Shown: one piece after another, positions 11,241 through 23,479 of the stretch
Position numbering within the stretch: the first letter of the stretch is position 1
Layout of the letters: each line of letters starts with the position of its first letter
Assembly (NCBI GenBank): GCA_020137815.1
Contig: CM035358.1
Location: forward strand, 4,526,001-4,590,000
Source of the DNA: Hormiphora californensis
Taxonomy: Eukaryota > Animalia > Ctenophora
Length of the DNA stretch: 64,000 nt
Direction: 5' to 3'
Position numbers and translations under genes: made by a program
Notes under the pieces: generated by a model
Told to the model about the DNA's origin: nothing
The model's database searches: none
The model's input: the letters and a program-made list of their open reading frames with translations, nothing else

Positions 11241-12254
11241 TCAGAGTGCCCCAAAAAAGACACCGTTTGCCTGAGGCAGATCACCAGACGCCGTCCCGCC
11301 AATCTCATTTCCCTCTGTACACTCTTTAATCACGTCTACCATTGAGCTACTCTCCCCAAAAACAGGCAAAGATTTCACACCGTCACTCATCACCCTCCTA
11401 GCAAGGGAAATCTCAGTCTCCAGAACCCTTCTTCTATCATCCAACTTGGCGGGATAATCAACGGTGAGATTCCTGGAAAATGCCATGAGTTCTGGGAACC
11501 CCCCACTCACACCCATGTCATGTAAAACACGCTCAAACACGGCACTGTCCGTGGGGTTCTTGTCCAACTCACGGCGGAGAGCTTCAGAAAACCGGATGAG
11601 ATAGTCACGGAGGGTAGTTGAGAGAAGGGACAGAGCGTCTGAGGAGGCGGTGACAAAACCCGTGTAACAAAGACATGTTGCTGCGGTTTTTCGGAGGAGC
11701 AACGTTGCTGTTTCGGGGGATATCTCAGGAATTTCAACAAGTTGAACGTTAGTTGTCGGGGTGGGTGGCGTGGTCATTGGTAGAGTTAGGGATGGAGAGG
11801 GAGGTGTTGAACCAGGAACTGACCGAATCAGAGAATACTGGTCCCTGATTGGCTGATAACCAGTCACGTGACCTAAATAACGAGTTCTGATTGGTTGTTT
11901 ACTTGTGTCGGTCGGTTCCTGTGTTGAACTCAGATCTCCTCTCTGGATCTTCTTCTGGAGGACCCGCTTCTGGGCTGCCAGGTCTCGGTTTTGTCTGATT
12001 AACCCTATGGACTGGTGAACGGTATTTTGATCACCCCGAGGAATTGCAATTGTATCAGTCCTGGGGGTAGTAGGCAGGTTAGGAGGAGGAGGGATGGTCT
12101 GGGTTTTGGTGAGGTGGATATCCGCGGGGGTTATGTTGGCGAAGGTGTTGTCGATGGGGGGTCCTGTATCGAGTGCACCCCACAAGCCTCCCGATCCTCT
12201 GTTGGCAGCATTGGGTTTGGTAACATTTGGTTTGGTAACATTTGGTTTGGACAT
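11241..12254 (-). CDS. SUPT7L: SAGA complex subunit SUPT7L/STAF65gamma-like (bromodomain-associated histone fold), with an in-frame MITE insertion
   Basis: N-terminal LWG and HQSIGLIRQNRDL resemble SUPT7L YWG and HTIQLIQHNRRL; histone-fold segment LLRKTAATCLCYTGF...DALSLLSTTLRDYLIRFSEALR...VFERVLHDMG. ATG at 12254 is preceded by TTTAG. Confidence 0.8.
   Translation of the reverse strand: MSKPNVTKPNVTKPNAANRGSGGLWGALDTGPPIDNTFANITPADIHLTKTQTIPPPPNLPTTPRTDTIAIPRGDQNTVHQSIGLIRQNRDLAAQKRVLQKKIQRGDLSSTQEPTDTSKQPIRTRYLGHVTGYQPIRDQYSLIRSVPGSTPPSPSLTLPMTTPPTPTTNVQLVEIPEISPETATLLLRKTAATCLCYTGFVTASSDALSLLSTTLRDYLIRFSEALRRELDKNPTDSAVFERVLHDMGVSGGFPELMAFSRNLTVDYPAKLDDRRRVLETEISLARRVMSDGVKSLPVFGESSSMVDVIKECTEGNEIGGTASGDLPQANGVFFGAL
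11813..11921. mobile_element. 109-bp hAT-like MITE inside the SUPT7L ORF
   Basis: CAGGAAC...GTTCCTG termini with 8-bp TSD TGTTGAAC (11805-11812 and 11922-11929). Confidence 0.9.
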
Positions 12255-12800
12255 TCTAAAGGGAGAATTCATTTGGTTTGGTAACATTTGGTTTGGTAAC
12301 ATTTGGTTTGGACATTCTAAAGGGAGAATTCATTGGGTTTGGTAACATTTGGTTTGGTATCATTTGGTTTGGTAACATTTGGTTTGGTAACATTTAGTTT
12401 GGTAACATTTGGTTTGGACATTCTAAAGGGAGAATTCATTTGGTTTGGTAACATTGGGTTTGGTAACATTTAGTTTGGTAACATTTGGTTTGGACATTCT
12501 AAAGGGAGAATTCATTTGGTTTGGTAACATTGGGTTTGGTAACATTTGGTTTGGTAACATTTGGTTTGGTATCATTTGGTTTGGTAACATTTGGTTTGGT
12601 AACATTTGGTTTGGTAACATTGGGTTTGGTAACATTTGGTTTGGTAACATTGGGTTTGGTAACATTTGGTTTGGTATCATTTGGTTTGGTAACATTTGGT
12701 TTGGTAACATTTGGTTTGGTAACATTTGGTTTGGTAACATTTAGTTTGGTAACATTTGGTTTGGTAACATTTAGTTTGGACATTCTAAACAGAGAATTCA
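12213..12800 (-). repeat. 15-bp minisatellite with higher-order units repeating the SUPT7L acceptor plus ATG
   Basis: (TTTGGTTTGGTAACA)n interspersed five times with GGACATTCTAAAGGGAGAATTC or a variant (minus strand: GAATTCTCCCTTTAG|AATGTCC). Confidence 0.9.
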
Positions 12801-13122
12801 GAGACCTGGTTAGGTAGGTGAGTATGTGTAGATATTCTGAATAATGAGTTCAGAGCAAGAATTAAATAGGGAAGAAAATCGAAAAATACTGGGTTTGACC
12901 GGGAATTTTCTTCCCTATTTAATTCTTGCTCTGAACTCATTATTCAGAATACTAATTAATCTCTCCTTAACCGAGTTCTGCCCGTGTATGTGTGAGATTC
13001 CCCATTAAACTGTTGTACAGAGGGCGTGTGTGTGCGTTGATCACGAGAAGGAGATATCAAAATTACTTCCCTGTGTAGATATTGTATAATAACAAACACA
13101 GGCAATAAAAGGATACATTGTA

Positions 13123-13310
13123 CAGTCGGACCCCGAGTTAGTGGCATCCTCGGGGGAAAAAATCCTGCCACTAAATCGGGGTGCCACTAAATCGGGGTCA
13201 AATAATGTTAATTTCCTATATGAGGGGGGGGGGGGAATCCTGCCACTAAATCAGGGTGCCACTAAATCGGGGGCCACTAAATCGGGGGCCACTAAATCGG
13301 GGTCCGACTG
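13123..13310. mobile_element. Tc1/mariner-pogo-like MITE
   Basis: TA|CAGTCGGACCCCG...CGGGGTCCGACTG|TA; related copies at 13991-14842 and 20161-20229. Confidence 0.85.
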
Positions 13311-13580
13311 TATAACACATTCGTCGATTTGACGAGAGTATAAAATATTAAGACTTAAAATAATTCATAAGGGACCAGTTACAAAATTGATTGTATCATG
13401 TCCTATCAAACAGATCCAGACAGGGGATTTTAGATTTACTGAAAGATCTACAAGAACAGCCGATCTACCGCCCATGCAATAATACAGATAAATTTGTTGT
13501 GTATTGTATACCACTGATAGTAATATTTTGTCTGATAACAGGAGTTCCAACACTTCTTGAGTTTCTGAAAATCAAATATT

Positions 13581-15022
13581 GGGGGGGGGGGGGTTCCAGC
13601 CCTAAAAAAAGCCAAGCCATCGGCCAAAATCAGGGTACCATTGGCTTTTTTAGCTTTTTTTTTAGCTTTTTTTAGCTTTTTTAGCCTTTTTTGGCTTTTT
13701 TTTTTAGCTTTTTTAGGCTAAAAAAGCTAAAAAAGCTAAAAAAGCTAAAATTGAGTTTTTAGTGGATTCATATAGGTTCGAATCCCGCTGACGCCAAATT
13801 TTTTAAACTTTTATTATAACGTTTTATAACGTTTTTTGAACTTTTTTAAAAGTATTTTTATCAAATTTGAATAATATTTTTATCGAAAAAATCTCTCCAG
13901 AAAATGGCAGTAGGGGTGGATACAGAAATTGCTATGTATGGACATAAACGGTAGATTATGGTAAAAAAATGTGCAGGAAATGAACAAATACAGTCGGACC
14001 CCGATTTAACGGCACCCTCGGGGGAAAGGGTTTTGTCCGTTAAATCGGGGTGTCCGTTAAATCGAGGTAGAGCATATTTGGCCCATTTTTGTCCAAAATG
14101 TTATACTAAAACACATCAAGTGTAAAATGCAATGTCCATGTATTGATTACATGATCATTTCTGATTAGAAAAAGAAAATGATTTATTTTAACTTCAAAAA
14201 AAGTTATAAAAACTTTCTAAGGTACTACATCAACCACGTCCGAATCGTTTATCGAATCAGTGCATCTTATCGCATGTCTTGCTGCTAATTAGACGGTTCG
14301 AAACGAACCGAGACGTGATACCATGCCGAATCGGGGCACTTTAAGCGGGGTGAGGAAGAATTCGAATTTTAAAATATATTTTTCTCTGAAAATTCATGGG
14401 GAGCACCGATCAAAGCATTGACAATCAATCTTTAAAATTTTGCAAAAAAGTTATGAAAATTTTTCAAAGGTATATCAACCACGTCCGAATCGTGTTTCGA
14501 ATCAGTGCATCTTATCGCACGTCCTGTCGCTAATTAGACGGTTCGAAACGAACCGATACGTGATCCCCATGGGGCCAGTTTAACAAACGTCAAAATTGCG
14601 ATTCGATGGGGGATCACAATATCACATGTCTGTTCGTTTCGAACCGTCTAATTACCGGCAAGACATGCAATAAGATGCACCGATTCGAAACACGATTCGG
14701 ACGTGGTTGATACACCTTTGAAAAGTTTTCAAAAAATTTCAAAAATTTTCAAAAAAATTTCAAAAAATTTTTGGGGGAAATTTATCCTGCCGTTAAATCG
14801 GGGTGCCGCTAAATCGGGGGCCGTTAAATCGGGGTCCGACTGTACAGTCAATAGACGTCCGGAAGGATGAAAATTTAATGGAAAAGTGTCAAGATGAATG
14901 CTGAAAAAAGATAAAAAGTAGGGCTAAAAAAGCTAAAAAAAGCTAAAAAAAGCCAACATAAAAAAGCCATCGACCAAAATCAGGGTACCTTTAGCTTTTT
15001 TTAGGGCTGGACCCCCCCCCCC
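13581..15022. mobile_element. Poly-G/poly-C-ended element (copy 2) with nested pogo-like element at 13991-14842
   Basis: Nearly identical to 5155-5719; TSD AATATT. The insert is flanked by TA at a site that is empty in copy 1. Confidence 0.9.
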
Positions 15023-16934
15023 AATATTGACGTTTGATACCACTAACGAGAGACACCAACGACATAGATCAGCGAGAGACAGTTTTGTAAGATGAATTAT
15101 GTAAATGTTATCTAGATACTCCATAATTTTAACCTAATCAGTACAAGAAGATGTTTTATTTGTTTACAGTTTCACTCACAACCACCACCTGTCTCCCCAT
15201 CCCATGTCAGACCGATGCTCTGATAGAAATTTTTCTTCAACTGTATAGTATCTCAGACACACTCGTGAGTTGAATTAGTCTCACCCCATCACACCACAAT
15301 CTCTCTCTCTCTTCTCTCTCTCTTCCTCTCTATCCAGCTGTTCCCTAAATATAGAATGATTAGAGGCACCCGGCAATTTACTCTACCGCATGTCTTCAGC
15401 CTTTCGCAACCCACCACAGCAGAACTCTTTTCTATTGGTTAAATGTTATATCACATGATCATTTAGCGATCATTTAGCCAGCTGGTCTATCCTCCTCCCT
15501 ACCAACTACCACTATAGTTTCGCCATCTTTTGGATAAGTTTGTTTTAAACCCAAACTACTATAACCCTCACTCGAGTTTGTGAAACTTCCCATAGTTATA
15601 ACTCCACTTCCTGATGAGTGGAACAAATTTCAAGTCTCTAACTTATCAAGAGGTGGAGCTATGATTGTCTAAAATCCGATCGCGCACAGCAAGGCATAGT
15701 AGTTTTGGTTTACCTAATATAGTTCAGTTTTTGTAAAACACGATAGAAACAATCCTTGTGTTTCACTAACATATTCTTCACTGATATTCTCACAGATTTT
15801 TTGAAGTTGTCACCCCCCCCCCTTCTTGTATGTGGAATGATTTTACGCGTTTCATCACATGTTACAGTGCTGCTTGTAGTCGTATTACCGTAATGGAAAT
15901 ACAGTTATGAGACACGCACGTTGCATAACGCACGGTAAAAAGTGCATGTGTTCAGCGTGTACTAGCGCCCTGATTGGTCACGGTTGCGACTTGCGCGTCA
16001 TCTTACTGTATCCCCGTTTTCCATTACCGTTTTCCCGCTACAAGCGAGGGTGTTAACACATGGTTTGTTTGTTTGTTTGTGATTGCTGCGTCTGGAGGTT
16101 GACCTGCCCGAAAGTAGTAAAGGCCGCACCTACCCTTCTAAAGTGTAGACTAAAGGATACCATGGAGGTAGTCGTTGTGCTTAAAATCAAGTCTGCAGTT
16201 GTCCAGGATCAAGACCCCGGTGCCAAGGGATTTACTACCAGTACAGCACCCGGACCCACCTCCGCTGGCAGTAGAAAGAAACCGTCATTGAAACTGAGGT
16301 AAGTTTTCAGTGAAAATTGGTGTTCTCTTTGGAGTGCTCATGTGTTACTTTCAATGCAATTCGCATCGATCTCATGATTGAAGATGTCGCGCGCTGCATG
16401 GTTCACTAGGAGTGTCCCAGCTGTGCAGAGAAACTGATGTTCTCAAATTTTTCAGTTTCGCTAATCGGGCCAGAGAACCCGCCGCCTCAGCTACTATACT
16501 GGACTAGCTATGACCCGAGGAGAGTGCCTGCGACAGTGTGGAATCAACCTGTGAGGTTGAGATATTTTTGAGGAGGAATTGAGGTACCCAGAGGAGAGGA
16601 GATCATACCGGCCCGCCCCGCAACCATATCGATATTAGGGATGAGAGAGGAGAAACACTAGCTTTTTTGTTGAAATATATGATGTGTACCTCTATGTAAC
16701 AATAGGCGGGAGACACACTGAAGTTGGGACAGAGAACCCACCACGTCCGCTACTATACTGGACTAGCTGTGACCTGAGTATATGGAGGTGAGGAGACTGC
16801 GGAATCTACCTGTGAGAGTGCATGTGAGAATCAACCTGTGACTGTGAGGTTGTTGAGATATTTTATGAGGAGGAGTTGAGGTACACAGAGGAGAGGAGTT
16901 CATACCGGCCAGCCCCGGAACAACAACAAACATC

Positions 16935-17369
16935 GTTAGGAGGACTCACGTGTCTGCTAGGAAGGTATGGGTCGACATGGACAAAACTTTCCTTGACATC
17001 AGAGTTTTTGACTAACGTGCAGACTCCAATATCAAAAAGTCATTGAAATCTGCTTTGGCCTCTCACGAATAAGAGAAAAAGAGGGTTTACAATGAACGAA
17101 TTCTGGAAGTAGAAAAAGCCTCCTTCACACCCATTGTGTTCTCCACCACTGGAACTATGGGACGTGAAGCAGAAATGTTCTACCGCAGACTGGCAGTTCT
17201 CCTTTCCGGGAAAACCAAACAATCCATCCCTGATGCGGTACGCTACATCCGGCAGAGATTATCTTTCTGTCTCCTCAAAACTCTCATCGTCAGCCTCCGG
17301 GGTTACCGAGGGAAGACAATTACACCATACTATTCAAATAGTATAGATATTAATTTATTGTGTGTTTAA
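16935..17369 (+). mobile_element. Degenerate 3' end of a restriction-like-endonuclease non-LTR retrotransposon (CRE-like)
   Basis: VSARKVW..MDKTFLDIRVF...HE*EKKRVYNERILEVEKASFTPIVFSTTGTMGREAEMFYRRLA...YIRQRLSFCLLK...LRGYRG, with in-frame stops. Confidence 0.75.
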
Positions 17370-17619
17370 TTTATTACCACAGTGTGCTTATATATAATTT
17401 GATTGTTATCAGTATAAAAAATTACTTTCTTTAGCCACGCGCTAATAAAATTTTTGTTGTTCATAGATTTTATAGTGAACCATAATAAAGTTCAAGAGCC
17501 TCGGAGAGCGCCCAAGAACGCACCCCATCGAAGAGAGACCACACCTGAGAGCGCACCACACCCAAAAGAGACCACATCCAAGAGCGCACCACCTCCAGAA
17601 GACACCACTCCAAGAGCGG

Positions 17620-19220
17620 CAAAACGTTTAAAATCTAGGGTGCCTTAATTGCTAACAATTCAGTTTTGGCGCGCACGACGAGACGGTTAGGGCTGTTGTA
17701 GGTCGGTTAGGGTTTGTTTGGGGTATCGGTTAGGGCTATCGATCTCTAAGTTAGAGTCTAACAGATACCGTTAGTTTACTCAAATGGCAGCATGTGGTTG
17801 AGCGGCTATAGCCGTTTGAAAAAAGTCGGTCTGAGTGGTTTTAGGTGTACTTTTTTGGCAGCGCGCACCTGTAAACACGCTGCAAGGCACCCAGATTATA
17901 ATCGCGCCCTCCAAGAGCGCACCACATGACAGGGCGCGATTATAATCTGGGTGCCTTGCACTTTGCAGCCTGTTTACAGGTGCGCACTACCAACCACTTA
18001 GACCGAATTTTTTCAAACGGCTATAGCCACGCAACCACCACATGGCCAATTTGAGTAAACTAAGCGGTATCTGTTAGACTCTAACTTAGAGAATCGATAG
18101 CCCTAACCGATAACCCCAAACCAAACCCTAACCAGACCCTAACGGATAGCCCTAACCCGTCGTCGGTCGTGCGCGCCAAAACTACGAATTGTTAGCAATT
18201 AAAGGCACCTAGATTTTAAAACGTTTTCCGACAAGAGGGCCAGCGTTAAAATCTGGGTGTTTGGTGAGTGCTGACAAACGGTTTTTTAGGGTTAGGGCTA
18301 AAGTGGGGTTAGGGTTAGGGTTGGGTTTGGGTTGGGGTTAGGCCTTGACATTTCCTACCAGATAAACTTTGAATCAGCCAAAACAGTTGAGTGGTTTGGC
18401 GGTTAGAGCCATTTTAGTGAATCAACTTTTTTGGCAGCGCACACCTGTAAACAGGCCACCAACCCAAACCCCAGCCCTAACCCTAACCCTACTTTAGCCC
18501 TAACCCTAAAAAACCGTTTGTCAGCACTCACCAAACACCCAGATTTTAACGCTGGCCGTTAACGGCGCCCATCAAAGTAAAGAGGGGCGACGTTTTTTTT
18601 TTTAAATCTGGGTGTTTGGTATACTCCATTTTTTTTCAACTGTTCACCCCCCAAAGTCGAGCGCGGAATTGTTTTGCGCGTTTATCACATGTTAACGTAT
18701 AGCGCGCGCCACCCAAATTTTTATCAAACTTCAGTTTTTGGGTGAACAGTTGAAAAAAAATGGACTTTATACGCGCAAATCCAGAAATTACGCCGCGCAC
18801 GCGCGCGCACGTTTTTTTTCGATCAGAGAAAATCACACATAAAGTCGACAGCTCGAATCGGAAAACGTTAAAATCTGGGTTTGGAATGCGCTGCAGCCCC
18901 CTCATGCGCGCACCCCCGCAACTTATATTATATTATAAGGGGCCTGCAACGTATGCCAAAATTTGGGTGCCTTTCATTGCTAACAATTCGTAGTTTTGGC
19001 GCGCGCGACGGGTTAGGGCTATCCGTTAGGGTCTGGTTAGGGTTTGGTTTGGGGTTATCGGTTAGGGCTATCGATTCTCTAACTGATACCGTTTAGTTTA
19101 CTCAAATCGGCCATGTGGTTCCATGGCTATAGCCGTTTGAAAAAAGTCGGTCTAAGTGTACTCTTTTGGTAGCGCGCACCTGTAAACACGCTGCAAGGCA
19201 CCCAGATTATAATCGCGCCC
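17620..19220. repeat. Cluster of related palindromic elements with telomere-like GGTTAGGG tracts
   Basis: Palindromes at ~17620-18228 and ~18238-18557 and a partial copy at 18960-19220; all share AAAATCT(A/G)GGTG ends and contain TTAGGG/CCCTAA motifs. Confidence 0.75.
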
Positions 19221-19718
19221 GCTCGAATCAATTCAAATTTTCAGAATTTCAAAAAAAGAGAACAAGTCGAGGAAAATCCGAAAAATAAAGTCGAATTTTT
19301 TAGTCAAGGGACAGGGGGAGTCTTTTTTGAGACATCATGAGACATTATGCGACATCATGAGACATTAAGAGACATTATGAGACATTCTAATGATGTCTTA
19401 TCAGGTATCATGAAGTGGCCATGTAGGACATTTTGTAGCACCTCATAGCAGATGAGTTACTATTTAAGATGTCAGGGACACAGACAGACGCGTCGCCCTG
19501 ATGCGACCAATTATAGATGGACATATCTAGTTTCTGACGGTTGCTGGGGGGGGGGGGGTCTCTCCTAGTGCCGGCGATAGTCCCTCGTGAGCTTGCTGTT
19601 GGCGAGCCCAGGCAGTCTGTTATAGATAGACAGAGAACCACGTAAAAAAGGTCATCACCAAACACTCGACCTTCTATGTACTTGCAGTATTAATAATTCT
19701 CCCCATTATTTAGTAGCC

Positions 19719-21435
19719 ATGATACCGGTTGGAATAATCTCTAATGTTAGAGTGGACTCTGATTTTGCAATTGCATCGATGGTTTATCTCCTGTTTTCTA
19801 TATGTCTGGTAAGAGCTGAGGGCAGTATTGGATTAAATTTCAATTGTGTAAAGTCTGATTTAAATAATGTGATTTCAATTGAAGCTATAAAAGACAGGAA
19901 CCGACCGAATCAGGAAATACTGGTCCCTGATTGGCTGATAACCACTCACGTGACCTAAATAACGAGTTCTGATTGGTTGTTTACTTGTTTCGGTCGGTTC
20001 CTGATAAAAGATATTAAATATTAATTAACGTGTTCCCACACTTGATGATCATCTTCAATAATTGTTATTATTATTTTTACAGGTGTTTCCACCTACAGAG
20101 TTTCACAGTGTTGGTCTCTCGATCGAGTCATTCTTCAGTCGGTAAGTACCCCCGCATATACAGTCGGACCCCGATTTACCGGGATGCTAGGGGTGAAGGG
20201 GTTTTGCCCGGTAAATCGGGGTCCGACTGTATATCGCTGCACTGACAGGTGCCCATTGGCCTAATGGGACAAAGCCCCAGCAGGGATAAAATCATCCTGC
20301 CACTAAGGTCATCCTAAAACAGGTCCTATATCTGAAAGGATAAACTGATTATGTGCGAAATACTGGTCCATGATTGGCTGATAACCAGTCACGTGACCTA
20401 AATAATGAGTTCTGATTGGTTGTTTAATTGTGTCAGTCGGTTCCTGGTGTGTACATATTTTACCTTTTACTCCCTCTTAGGTGGTTGGGAGATGAAAGTC
20501 TGCACTTTACCAAGTACCATGTTAAGCTAACAACTACCCGTCTAGTTATCCACTCGCTGCTCCTGCCCGGCTACTATCTCATGTCAACCCTCTTCTTCGC
20601 TGCAACTGATTTCACTCCCCTCCCATTCCTGATGACCATCCTTCCATTTATCACTGCCTCCATCCTGGCCCTCTATTGGCACTCTCTGGGATCCTGGTCA
20701 GCTCACCCTCTTTGTAAAATATTAGCAGCCCACGCCCAACACCGGGACTGGAGAACGGTGGCTAATGCCCTTGCTACGGAATTCAGACGAGTTGATAAGT
20801 TTGTCCATGGTCGGGGATGGGGTAAAATTGTCGTTACAGACACGTGGGTTGTGAGGTGTGGGCTGTATACAGTGAGCGCTGCGTACCAGCCAGATATTCA
20901 TCTTCTCATAGAGTCTACCTCGGAGTATACCGAGCCGGCCTCCCAGCAAACAATCCAGTATGTCAATATCAAAGTGTCGTCAATCAACGAGGCATGCCAT
21001 AACTTCAGCATCCGACTTAATTCACTGGATTTTGATGATCTAAAAGCGAAGTTATCTGCTCCCCTCCTCAATGTCCGGAACGTTGTCTTTCACCAGACGC
21101 TCTCGGACAAGTTCGAACTGGCGTTCAGAGATGAGGTATCCCAGAATGGTGTTTACCAAAACTCGAGGATGGGGGACGAGTGTATCGGGTGTTTGTATGC
21201 CCCTGCTGACATCAAACTATCTAAAATGTGCGCTGAACTGAGCGAGGGTGACTGCAGGAACTGTTTGTGTAGGCCCATGTGGTGTCTGAAGTGTCTGGTG
21301 AAGTGGTTTGTCAACAGGCAGGAACAGAACAGGCCCGAGAGCTGGTTAGGGGGGACAGCGCCCTGTCCGACGTGTCGGAGCGTGTTTTGTATTAGAGATG
21401 TTCAGATGATAGCCACCCCCATCTCAACTGAATAA
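19719..21435 (+). CDS. TMEM129: E3 ubiquitin ligase TM129 (ERAD); exons 19719-19808, 20083-20141, 20481-21435
   Basis: Spliced product reads VYLLFSICL|VFPPTEFHSVGLSIESFFSR|WLGDESLHFTKYHV...HSLLLPGYY...; C-terminal C4C4 RING CIGC...C...CRNCLCRPMWCLKCLVKWF...WLGGTAPCPTCRSVFC. Confidence 0.93.
19895..20003. mobile_element. 109-bp MITE in TMEM129 intron 1
   Basis: Full TIRs and 8-bp TSD ATAAAAGA. A truncated copy lies at ~20357-20446 in intron 2. Confidence 0.9.
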
Positions 21436-21439
21436 AGGG

Positions 21440-21548
21440 CAGGAACCGACCGAAACAAGTAAACAACCAATCAGAACTAGTTATTTTGGTCATGTGACTG
21501 GTTATCAGCCAATCAGGGACCAGTATTTCCTGATTCGGTCGGTTCCTG
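21440..21548. mobile_element. 109-bp MITE just after the TMEM129 stop, flanked by a 28-bp direct duplication
   Basis: GCCACCCCCATCTCAACTGAATAAAGGG occurs on both sides. Confidence 0.9.
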
Positions 21549-22958
21549 GCCACCCCCATCTCAACTGAATAAAGGGCTTCCATCAGCTGTTGAAACTTGG
21601 AGTCGATTATATAATGATATGATAATTGATTGCTACTGCAACAATTTCTAAACTGTATAAAGTGCGAAAGTTATGAGCCCGGTTCGGGGAGAGCGGTCTT
21701 CTGTGAGGACTGAGGCGAAGGATGTCTAATGGACGGCCAACAGCAGCTGTCGAAGCTTGGACAATTAAAAGGGATTATTCGTTATTTTAGCAATTTTTGG
21801 GTTTGTTGTGAAATTTAAAAAAGCATGTTCCCGCATGCGTAATAATTGGTTTCAAATTTGTTACTACTTTTTACTTTCACAAGACTTACTCCCTCGTGTT
21901 TTACTAAGCAACAATACATACATGGCTTAGTAAGTTGGTGCAATATAATTTATACTGGCTAATGCTGTCAGGCCAATGCTCTGTACTGACCACTGTTCTT
22001 GCACACTCTTGAAAGAAATGAGAATAGGGTCATCAGGCCAATGCTCTGACAGGGCTAATGTGTGTTAGTGTTCTGGGTGTGCGTCCGAGAATGTATGCCG
22101 TCAGCGAGAGTGGGGGAATATTACGGAAGTTTATGTTAGCAAATGGAGAGGACAGAGAGAGAGAGGGAGAGAGAGAGAGAGATAAAGAGGGAGAGAGAGA
22201 TTAGAAAACATAAATGTATAGCAATTTTGTGCACCTATCTGACTAATTCACCCGTTCTATTTGCCTGCATTTGTTCCACTGCCACACACAGCACTTCCTA
22301 GATTCAGTGGTAAAATATATTTCGTTACTCGTTGCATTAATATTGTATGACACAGGCCGCCCTAATTATTTACTAGCATTTATTTAGCATATTCCAAGCA
22401 CGTAACTCGATATATTTCTTATCGAGTAGGCCCAATTTGCTTGGTGGGACGCACAGGAAGGGCCTCCTCCTATCTCCAGCTCTTCTCTGCAGTTGTAGAA
22501 TCATTCTTGTCTTGCCAGACAGTATATTAAACCATCAAGTCCTGTGACTGGCTTTTACACTGTCGTTAGCATCAGTTTATGTCACCCAGTTATCTTCCCC
22601 AAAATGTTCTCATGTTACCCTCTGACGTCAATTGTTACTCAAATTCCACTCTACCGTATTCCCTTACAGTTCTACATGTGCAGCTGTGTGACCTTTGTAC
22701 ATTTTGTTATCCTACCTTTTTCAGTTGTAAGATTGAAAAAAAAGGTTTTCCAGAATTACATGTAAAATTCGTAGCAAATCATAACGCAGGTTAAAACGGT
22801 GTTAACAGTTTTGTCCATTTTTCCAATTTGTTTCCTGTACCAGCAGGAATACACATAACAGAAGATAACTTGTATTGCTCCACCCTCTCTGATCTCTCTC
22901 TCTTATATAAACCCCAGCGGGTGACCAGCTACATATAAACCCGGGTTTATTGATTATA

Positions 22959-23479
22959 TCACAGCCTTGATGTCTCATGCCCTGAGCTATACTTGCTCCT
23001 TATCCCGTCCTCTGAGTGAGCAGGTCCTGCTACCTCCTCCTCCTCCTCCAATGTTATCATCTGATGAGGCTTCATTTCCTCCAACTTCTTCCTTTTCTGC
23101 ATTGCCTTGATGATTGTCTGTGAGTCAGTTGGTCCCTCATAGTCCCATAATGCCGCCTCAGTGCCGCCGTGACCACCGTAGTTCTGCTCTGTGTCTGGCT
23201 CTCTGAGGGGGAAATTATAGGACATGATCAGAGGTACTGAATGAAATATTTAGAGTTGAACTATTTAGTCCAGGTATCTTACTAATTTAATATAAATATC
23301 TAATTTAATTAATCTAGTATAATTAAGTTAATTTAATCAAGATAGTACCTTGCGGCGTCATATCGCAGTATATCAGCACTTCTTCGATTCTTGTTAGCAC
23401 AAACGCACATGATCAGCACTAGAACGGCTATTATCACCAAACCTATCCCAATCGCTAACAAATCATCTGCTGCTGCCAT
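22959..23479 (-). CDS. Small single-pass membrane protein; exons 23479-23349 and 23202-22959
   Basis: MAAADDLLAIGIGLVIIAVLVLIMCVCANKNRR...YDAAR|EPDTEQNYGG...; GT-AG intron in matching phase; TM helix followed by CxC and basic residues. Confidence 0.75.

Noticed and set aside
12423-12817. MLPNQ, KPNVT and FGNIW repeat proteins
   Set aside because: Translations of the 15-bp minisatellite; only the last two units plausibly enter the SUPT7L protein.
18285-18510. True telomere or chromosome fusion site
   Set aside because: The TTAGGG tracts are short, degenerate and embedded in repeated palindromic elements.
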